Part shown: positions 27,313 through 33,139 of the stretch, piece after piece
Numbering within the stretch: position 1 is the stretch's first letter
Layout: each line of letters starts with the position of its first letter
Virus record (IMG/VR): IMGVR_UViG_2703719355_000019
Reading direction: 5' to 3' (one strand)
Source of the DNA: a virus
Lineage: Duplodnaviria; Heunggongvirae; Uroviricota; Caudoviricetes
Length of the DNA stretch: 33,139 bases
Program-made: the position numbers and the translations under genes
Notes under the pieces: model-generated
Told to the model about the DNA's origin: nothing
Database searches by the model: none
What the model saw: only the letters and a program-made list of their open reading frames with translations

Positions 27313-27694
27313 TGTCTACTCCCTCCAACAACGTGGTGATGAAATGTCCAGCCATTACTCCGGCATCACGATAAGCGCATCGTGTTTTGCTTTCTGATTG
27401 TTTACGCCGGGGAACGGAATAAGCTGATGCAAACATCTCCGCCCTGAATTGCTGCATTGTCAGGACTTTCAATTGCAGGAGACGCTCTTCATCGCTGCAT
27501 ACTGTGCTCATTAATCCATCAAGGATGACATTAAAAGCCCGGTATACCGGGTCATCTTTTGTTCGTTTTGTCAGGGCCACAGCACTGATTATTGACAATG
27601 CGCACTCAAGCTTTTTCAGCTCTGATAAGTTGTCGTTCTTTATTTCTGCATTTTTATTTAGCCATTCAACAGGTGACCAGACTTTATCTTTCAT
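27299..27694 (-). CDS. hypothetical cargo protein 2 (131 aa) behind duplicated leader
   Basis: ATG 27694 preceded by AAGGGGA; N-terminus MKDKVW shared with cargo protein 1, rest unrelated. Confidence 0.6.
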   Translation of the reverse strand: MKDKVWSPVEWLNKNAEIKNDNLSELKKLECALSIISAVALTKRTKDDPVYRAFNVILDGLMSTVCSDEERLLQLKVLTMQQFRAEMFASAYSVPRRKQSESKTRCAYRDAGVMAGHFITTLLEGVDNEQK

Positions 27695-27744
27695 ATACAA
27701 ATCCCCTTAATTCAGGCGTAAGCCAGCCCCGGCGGGTTTACGCC
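27681..27744 (-). repeat. duplicated 64-bp leader element, copy A
   Basis: Identical to 28306-28369 except one base; contains inverted repeat GGCGTAA..TTACGCC, the SD and the first codons of the downstream gene. Confidence 0.85.
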
Positions 27745-27773
27745 ATATACAAATAAAATTAAAAACAGACTTA

Positions 27774-28319
27774 TTAACTACGACGTTCAGCTTTCCGGTA
27801 ATGACGGTCAACAGACTTTACGAACGCCTTCACATCACGGGAAATCGAATCCAGCGGATAATATTCATCCAGCAGTTCCATTCCGCTGAATCGAATCTGA
27901 AAAAAATCAGGCTTATCTTTATATGACTCCATCAGGTCAATAAACCGCAGCTGACGCGGGAGGGATTCCTGCACACCTGAAATAGTGAGCAAATCATCTT
28001 CAAGGATGTATGCGAGGTCTTCCATATCCTTACAGTCAGACAGCATGGATATTCTTGTCAGTATGTTCCGTGTGGCGATATACAGCGCTGCTGTGTCATT
28101 CGCCATCATGGCGAACAAATCCCCCTGAATATACGCCCCGCTACTGGCCACAGCATTCCCGGCAATCTGGGCATCAAGCACTACATCCATAAAATTACCA
28201 GGTGCTCCCAGACAACCCAGCAAGGATGACGCCCATAACGCTACATTGGTTAATTTCTCAGATGAACGGGTAGCAAAACCTTCAGGAGTAACAATAAAAT
28301 CCCATACTTTATCTTTCAT
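27774..28319 (-). CDS. hypothetical cargo protein 1 (181 aa) behind duplicated leader
   Basis: ATG 28319 preceded by AAGGGGA; N-terminus MKDKVW. Confidence 0.65.
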   Translation of the reverse strand: MKDKVWDFIVTPEGFATRSSEKLTNVALWASSLLGCLGAPGNFMDVVLDAQIAGNAVASSGAYIQGDLFAMMANDTAALYIATRNILTRISMLSDCKDMEDLAYILEDDLLTISGVQESLPRQLRFIDLMESYKDKPDFFQIRFSGMELLDEYYPLDSISRDVKAFVKSVDRHYRKAERRS

Positions 28320-28369
28320 ATATAAATCCCCTTAATTCAGGCGTAAGCCAGCCCCGGCGGGTTTACGCC
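28306..28369 (-). repeat. duplicated 64-bp leader element, copy B
   Basis: See copy A; the two copies are 625 bp apart. Confidence 0.85.
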
Positions 28370-28400
28370 TGTTTTAAATAACAATTAAAAATGAATTAAA

Positions 28401-28592
28401 TTAATGTGCTGCTTTCAGTGTTTCGACCTTTACGAAATAAGGCTCGACATTAATTTCAACCACACAACCACATTTAAAATCTCTGGCCGGTGCAACAGTT
28501 TTTACCACCCGACCACCACGCACCGCCTGATGTGCAATGTGCATGAAACGAGTACCAGGCGGATATAACTGATTAAAGCGTTTCGCGTTCAT
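28401..28592 (-). CDS. hypothetical small protein (63 aa)
   Basis: ATG 28592 (MNAKRFNQLYPPG..); start chosen inside the longer track ORF 28718..28401; overlaps upstream gene by 20 nt. Confidence 0.35.
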   Translation of the reverse strand: MNAKRFNQLYPPGTRFMHIAHQAVRGGRVVKTVAPARDFKCGCVVEINVEPYFVKVETLKAAH

Positions 28593-28806
28593 GAATCGGC
28601 TTCCATCCTTTCTGGTGAGCATTGGCACAGAACTGTGCCCGGTGTTCTGCCCAGATGCGGCGCAGGGTGCTACACGGGCTTTGCGCTGCCTTACGCCACA
28701 GCTTTTCAGCCTCGGCATAATCGCCGCGTTGTTCTGCTCTGGACGCGCCCAGCGAATACGCCGCGCAACTATTTCTGGCTCTGTACTCTTTGATATCCTG
28801 ATGCAT
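28573..28806 (-). CDS. small protein (77 aa), possible ANR-like regulator
   Basis: ATG 28806 one nt after the upstream stop, preceded by AGGGG; RGDYAEAEKLWRKAA and IWAEHRAQFC motifs resemble small ANR-type phage regulators. Confidence 0.45.
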   Translation of the reverse strand: MHQDIKEYRARNSCAAYSLGASRAEQRGDYAEAEKLWRKAAQSPCSTLRRIWAEHRAQFCANAHQKGWKPIHERETL

Positions 28807-28807
28807 G

Positions 28808-29452
28808 TTAAACCCCTGCAATATCAAGCGGGATTGCGCGGTATTCATCAGAATCACCGACGCGCTCATACACGCGGATATAGCTTCTGCTACCAACCAC
28901 CTGGACGGCTTCACCAATCAGTTTCATGGCGTTATCCCAGCGTTCCTCCGTAATATCGAGACGACGCAGAGCCAGAACGCGACCGGTGTTGATGTTGCCT
29001 TCCTTGTCCGTGCTGAATGCCTCACTGATGATGGCCTTAATTTCAGGGCGTGCGCCTTCCGTCCAGTCAGCCAGACAGTCATCAATCAGCGCCTTCGCGG
29101 TCTGAATGCGTTCATCAAGCGCGATACGGTCCTGCATGGCGCGCTGAATCTTGTAACGCCCGTCAAAGCTGTACAGCGTGATATTCCCTTTTTTACCGCC
29201 TTTCACAGCGCCGTATTTCTCCGCCGACAGGTCAATAAATGCCTGAATATCACCAAACGCACGCAGCTTCAGTTCACGCAGTGAGGCGGAGGCAGCAATC
29301 ACCATCTCCACAAGCTCACCGACCAGCTGCTCACGGTCGCGGTCAATATCTTTGATAAGACTTTCAGGCGTCATCACACCACGGGCATCAACCCAGTAGC
29401 CTTCCTGCACTTTATTTTTTGTATATTGCTTAACTTTGTTTTCAGTCATCAT
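28808..29452 (-). CDS. conserved Mu-like early-region protein (214 aa), tentatively DUF3164-like
   Basis: Long ORF in the early operon; family assignment is from memory and untested. Confidence 0.65.
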   Translation of the reverse strand: MMTENKVKQYTKNKVQEGYWVDARGVMTPESLIKDIDRDREQLVGELVEMVIAASASLRELKLRAFGDIQAFIDLSAEKYGAVKGGKKGNITLYSFDGRYKIQRAMQDRIALDERIQTAKALIDDCLADWTEGARPEIKAIISEAFSTDKEGNINTGRVLALRRLDITEERWDNAMKLIGEAVQVVGSRSYIRVYERVGDSDEYRAIPLDIAGV

Positions 29453-29481
29453 AATTAAATTACCTCAGTGATATTTACAGA

Positions 29482-29697
29482 TTAATTTGTGTTATGTGCG
29501 CGAGGCGCAACGTTTTCAGAAAAAAGATTCACGCCGTTATAGTCATTTCTGAGCGTTTCCTTGATAACATCATGTAATCTTGTTGCCACCTGAAACTCCT
29601 TTTCGGAAGCTCCGTCCTTCGAATAACTCCCCGTGGTCTGGGTTAATACACAGCCTTTTTCATCGGTATAGATAATTACTTCTAACTTAACCGCCAT
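29482..29697 (-). CDS. hypothetical protein (71 aa)
   Basis: ORF in the early operon downstream of B. Confidence 0.5.
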   Translation of the reverse strand: MAVKLEVIIYTDEKGCVLTQTTGSYSKDGASEKEFQVATRLHDVIKETLRNDYNGVNLFSENVAPRAHNTN

Positions 29698-29709
29698 TCT
29701 GATTTCCTC

Positions 29710-29949
29710 TCATTGCCATACGACGGTGCAGCCGTCGATACAGGACGTTTTAACCACGCGGCGCAGGCCGCTGAATGTCTGGATGATTTCCGTTACCGGC
29801 CATACAGGACCACCCACGGGCGGGCAGGCATAAACCACAGGTAAACGGTGATGTTGTCCCGTTACACGACCACCAGTGGTGTGGATGGCCACACGGGCAC
29901 GGGAACGGACGGCGTTAATGGTCTGCTTGTCCATCGTCTTGTTCTCCAT
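29710..29949 (-). CDS. hypothetical protein (79 aa), first gene after B
   Basis: ATG overlaps the B stop (TGATG); Cys-containing. Confidence 0.5.
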   Translation of the reverse strand: MENKTMDKQTINAVRSRARVAIHTTGGRVTGQHHRLPVVYACPPVGGPVWPVTEIIQTFSGLRRVVKTSCIDGCTVVWQ

Positions 29950-30842
29950 CAGTGAATTAACATTTCTGCGAATTTATCAATGGCCTGCACACTGACCGGC
30001 GCATCGCTGATATCACAAATCCGGTACACACCACGCGCCAGCTTGAACAGACGGCGGGCATTACCCAGCGAACGTGTATAAAGCGCCTCGCTGATTTCCG
30101 GCTCTGCTGCTTCCGGCATCAACCCGGTAGCTATCTGGTTAAAATCTTCCTGCGACAACGTATCGCCCAGGTTAAGCGCCAGCGCCACGCGGCTGTATAA
30201 CTGGGCGAACTCACCACGACGCCCCTTGAGGTTAATCAGAAGGCGAGGCATACCCGCCAGAACAACCCCGATACCCGCTTTGTCATGCAGACGGCGCAGA
30301 ACCTCCAGGGCGCGATAGGGGAGCAGTTCAGCCTCGTCCACCATCAGCAGACGACCGGAATCACGCAGTTCGCGCACACAGGCATCTATCAGTTCGTGAA
30401 TGTTGCCGCGAACCTTTACCCCCAGCTGGCGGCACAACTCCTCAAGCAGTGTTCTGGCTGTATAGCCCGGGTCAGCCTCAATCAGGACCGCATCCCGGTT
30501 TCTGGCGGCGTATTCACGCAGAATCATTGTTTTGCCAAGACCTGCTGCGCCATACAGCACACAGATTTCACATTCCAGGTGAGCGTAGGCCAGCACCTCC
30601 AGTCCTTTGGCAGTCATACTGGTGGTCACAAACTTTGCTTTAATACGGCGGCTGTTTTCCTTTTCCCGCTCACGGGTCACAAAGGCAGAAATGCGTTCTT
30701 CAATATCAGCCATATCGCCCTGATATTTACCCTGTAAATACTGGCTGATAACGGCGCTGCTACGCCCAATGGCACGGGCGACGTGGGTCTGCGTATAGCC
30801 GCGACGGGCCATTACGTCATTTAATTGCGTAATTAAACTCAT
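29949..30842 (-). CDS. B: DNA transposition ATPase (MuB-like, AAA+)
   Basis: 297-aa ORF with Walker A GAAGLGKT; directly downstream of the transposase. Confidence 0.9.
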   Translation of the reverse strand: MSLITQLNDVMARRGYTQTHVARAIGRSSAVISQYLQGKYQGDMADIEERISAFVTREREKENSRRIKAKFVTTSMTAKGLEVLAYAHLECEICVLYGAAGLGKTMILREYAARNRDAVLIEADPGYTARTLLEELCRQLGVKVRGNIHELIDACVRELRDSGRLLMVDEAELLPYRALEVLRRLHDKAGIGVVLAGMPRLLINLKGRRGEFAQLYSRVALALNLGDTLSQEDFNQIATGLMPEAAEPEISEALYTRSLGNARRLFKLARGVYRICDISDAPVSVQAIDKFAEMLIH

Positions 30843-30860
30843 AATTAAATACCTTTTAAA

Positions 30861-32903
30861 TTAACGGTTGTTTGTGCCGTTTTTCTTTAAATTGCGCTCG
30901 CGTTCAGATGCGAATAAATAAAGTTCTTCTTTTTCCTTTTTCTCCGGGCGCTCCAGTCCATATCCCAGATTAAAGTCAGGCTTCTGCGTAATAGCCGGAG
31001 TAAGCTCGCGTTTAGCCTCTTCGATTTTCTGCGTGGCCCGTGCAATGCGGCCCCTGACGCGTTTCTCCAGTTTTTGTTCGATAACTGGTTTAGCGAAGGC
31101 ATCAACCTTGTTACCGTTCCAGATGGCATCGCAGATATAAGAGCCATCAGCCCGCCGGACAATGACGCTGTTTGCATCATGAATATCGTAACTGACCCTG
31201 ACTTCATTCCCGTGCTCTGCGGCCAGCTCATACGAGTAATAAATATTGTTGAATAACTGAATTTCCCCGCGAAATGTTTTGCGCGTCACTTCCGGCCTGA
31301 ACATTTCATGCAGTTCTTCCGGCGACAGGAAATCAATTTCAACATTCTGCTCTTTTATCAGTTTCCGGCGATACGCTGCCGGGCTGTAATGCTCGCCATC
31401 CTCTTTGCGAGGAAGGCTGCTGTGTGGCCGGTTGTTATAGCGTCTGACCTCCAGCTCTATGGCTGCCATCAGTTGCTCAAAGGTAGGGATTTCATCCCTC
31501 GCCTTAACCTGCCGTTTTGTCAGCTCTTTCCCTTTGTGGGTGGCCTTAATGGCTGACTGCATAATCCGTTGCTGCATCATTACGGTTTCCTTGTCTGCAT
31601 CCCTTGCGCAGTACGTCTGGAAACTCAGGGCCACGTCTTTGGGTATTTCCTTGTTAACCCTTTCAATCACCCCGCGCCCCTGCGGGTTACCTGGTATCCC
31701 CGTGTGATGTTCCACACCCAGACGGGGCAGAATCCCGGTAATATCGGCATCAAGCACCCGGTTTTTTTCGCCGCCCCCGTTATCGGAGTAATAAATCAGC
31801 GGTATCCCGTGCTGTGCCATGCCGTAACGTAACGCATCAGCAACGGCTATCACGTTCTCCGACAGGGACAGTGACCAGCCCACAATAAAGCGTTGTCCTG
31901 CATCCATAACCAGCGTCACTTCTGGCCGGAAAATATTGCCGGTCAGTGGGTTAAACGCGGTCATTTTCATACAGTGACCATCCCCGACCCATACCGCATT
32001 AACCGGTAATGTGCTCCAGTCGCGCCGCACAAAAGGATTGAGCGAACGCCAGGCTGAACCGGTGGAGCGGAAACGTTCTTTAACAATCACCGGAACGCTG
32101 CTTAACACCCGTCTGACTGCGTGAACTGAAGGCAGTGCTGCCAGCATTCCCGTATCATTCGCGTGTTTTTCATGCCACCAGGCTGAAAACTCGCGATACG
32201 CATATTCAACGGTCGGTCGCTTCCATGAACGATAGAACATAAAGAAATCGCTCAACCACCAGACCTGCTCCCACGGTGTTCCCTTATGATGACCGGGAGC
32301 CAGTAACGCCAGTAACTGATTGGCATCACCGCGCGCCATCACCCAGCTGGAGTACCAGCTATCCAGGCTGCCGGTGCTGACACCGGTTCGCTTTCCCTGA
32401 CGTGCATTTGCAGTATTAGCTGCTTCGATAATGCGGTCAGGTAACGCCCCCATGCGCACACCATCAACGATGTGCTTTAAAGCGGCCTTCCTGGTCATTC
32501 CGGCATACTCGCGCAGCTTATGCACTTCAGTAGCCAGCAATATCCGCGCATCAGCGATGGCCTTTTGCTTGTCAGTCAGTGCCTGAACTTCACGTAATGC
32601 CAGTTCCGGGCATTTGACCATCACCTCCAGTTCATCGCGAACGGCGACGTTTTTAACTGCCTTCTGCTCAACCACGGCGGGCAGTTGCGTATCTTCCAGA
32701 ACCTGATGGGTCAGGCGCTTACGTAAAACTTTCTGCGCTTCAGCGGGCAGGCAGTCGATGTGATACTCGAATGCTTTGGTGCCTTCGCGCTTGCGCTTCC
32801 ATTCCGGGTGCGTCTCTGTGATCCGATTGAGCGTCCAGCGCACCCCCTGAACTGTACCGGGCAAACCAGGAAGACCGGCCAGCTCATTGGCTGAATAAAA
32901 CAT
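30861..32903 (-). CDS. A: DDE transposase (MuA-like)
   Basis: 680-aa ORF between the ner-like and B-like genes; size and position match MuA. Confidence 0.9.
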   Translation of the reverse strand: MFYSANELAGLPGLPGTVQGVRWTLNRITETHPEWKRKREGTKAFEYHIDCLPAEAQKVLRKRLTHQVLEDTQLPAVVEQKAVKNVAVRDELEVMVKCPELALREVQALTDKQKAIADARILLATEVHKLREYAGMTRKAALKHIVDGVRMGALPDRIIEAANTANARQGKRTGVSTGSLDSWYSSWVMARGDANQLLALLAPGHHKGTPWEQVWWLSDFFMFYRSWKRPTVEYAYREFSAWWHEKHANDTGMLAALPSVHAVRRVLSSVPVIVKERFRSTGSAWRSLNPFVRRDWSTLPVNAVWVGDGHCMKMTAFNPLTGNIFRPEVTLVMDAGQRFIVGWSLSLSENVIAVADALRYGMAQHGIPLIYYSDNGGGEKNRVLDADITGILPRLGVEHHTGIPGNPQGRGVIERVNKEIPKDVALSFQTYCARDADKETVMMQQRIMQSAIKATHKGKELTKRQVKARDEIPTFEQLMAAIELEVRRYNNRPHSSLPRKEDGEHYSPAAYRRKLIKEQNVEIDFLSPEELHEMFRPEVTRKTFRGEIQLFNNIYYSYELAAEHGNEVRVSYDIHDANSVIVRRADGSYICDAIWNGNKVDAFAKPVIEQKLEKRVRGRIARATQKIEEAKRELTPAITQKPDFNLGYGLERPEKKEKEELYLFASERERNLKKNGTNNR

Positions 32904-33139
32904 TACGCCGCCTTACTGGCATACCGGCTTGGCCAGATCTCCGCAGGTTCCACACCAATAGCATCGGCTATGATGCGTTCATATTTAGGGCATGAGCGAT
33001 ACAGTGCATTTTTTAAAGAGTCTTTTTTTAGACCAGCGCGTTCAGAAAGTTCACGCAATGTAAAACCTTTGGTGTGCACAGCGGCAACGATGTACTCGCG
33101 GTGCCAGTCTTTGTTCATTACTTCATTTCTAACCATCAT
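32903..33139 (-). CDS. ner: Ner-like DNA-binding regulator
   Basis: 78-aa ORF with DWHR and IWPSRY motifs shared with Mu Ner; ATG at the last three bases of the window. Confidence 0.85.
   Translation of the reverse strand: MMVRNEVMNKDWHREYIVAAVHTKGFTLRELSERAGLKKDSLKNALYRSCPKYERIIADAIGVEPAEIWPSRYASKAA

Larger units (their letters stand above)
417..33139 (-). mobile_element. Mu-like transposable prophage (partial; ends not identified in window)
   Basis: Collinear minus-strand gene order ner - A (DDE transposase) - B (AAA+ ATPase) - early accessory genes - gemA - Mor family - lysis - terminase - portal - F - G - I - T - sheath - tube - tape measure - N - P - baseplate - tail fibre, matching the phage Mu genome map. 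Confidence 0.85.

Noticed and set aside
28401-28917. Long forms of the two overlapping ORFs 28917..28573 and 28718..28401
   Set aside because: They would overlap neighbours by 110-146 nt; internal ATGs at 28806 and 28592 with SD-like sequences give compact, coupled genes instead.
1-33139. tRNA, rRNA or integrase genes marking an integration site
   Set aside because: None recognised; consistent with a transposable (Mu-type) phage that inserts by transposition rather than site-specific integration.

Overview
The window is almost entirely a Mu-like transposable prophage in inverted orientation, with nearly all genes on the minus strand. From right to left: ner, transposase A and transposition ATPase B (29.9-33.1 kb); a tightly packed early accessory region of about 20 small genes of mostly unknown function (24.6-29.9 kb); a gemA / Mor-family regulatory junction flanked by intrinsic terminators and a sigma70-like promoter (23.6-24.7 kb); a lysis cassette with a GH108-type endolysin (21.8-23.2 kb); terminase, portal and head genes (13.4-21.6 kb); and sheath, tube, tape-measure, baseplate and tail-fibre genes (0.5-12.6 kb). 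The only plus-strand gene is a DinI-family gene at the left edge (1-249). The repressor, early operator and both prophage ends were not identified in the window; ner starts at the last base. No rRNA, tRNA or CRISPR array was recognised. The strongest leads are in the early accessory region: a duplicated 64-bp hairpin-containing leader in front of two unrelated cargo genes, and two tandem paralogous 58-aa basic proteins that the ORF track misses. Other leads are an in-frame TGA truncating the tail fibre assembly gene, a -1 frame ORF bridging the tail chaperone and tape-measure genes, and palindromes in the G-I intergenic region. All family assignments are from reading the translated ORFs by eye; no database search was run.
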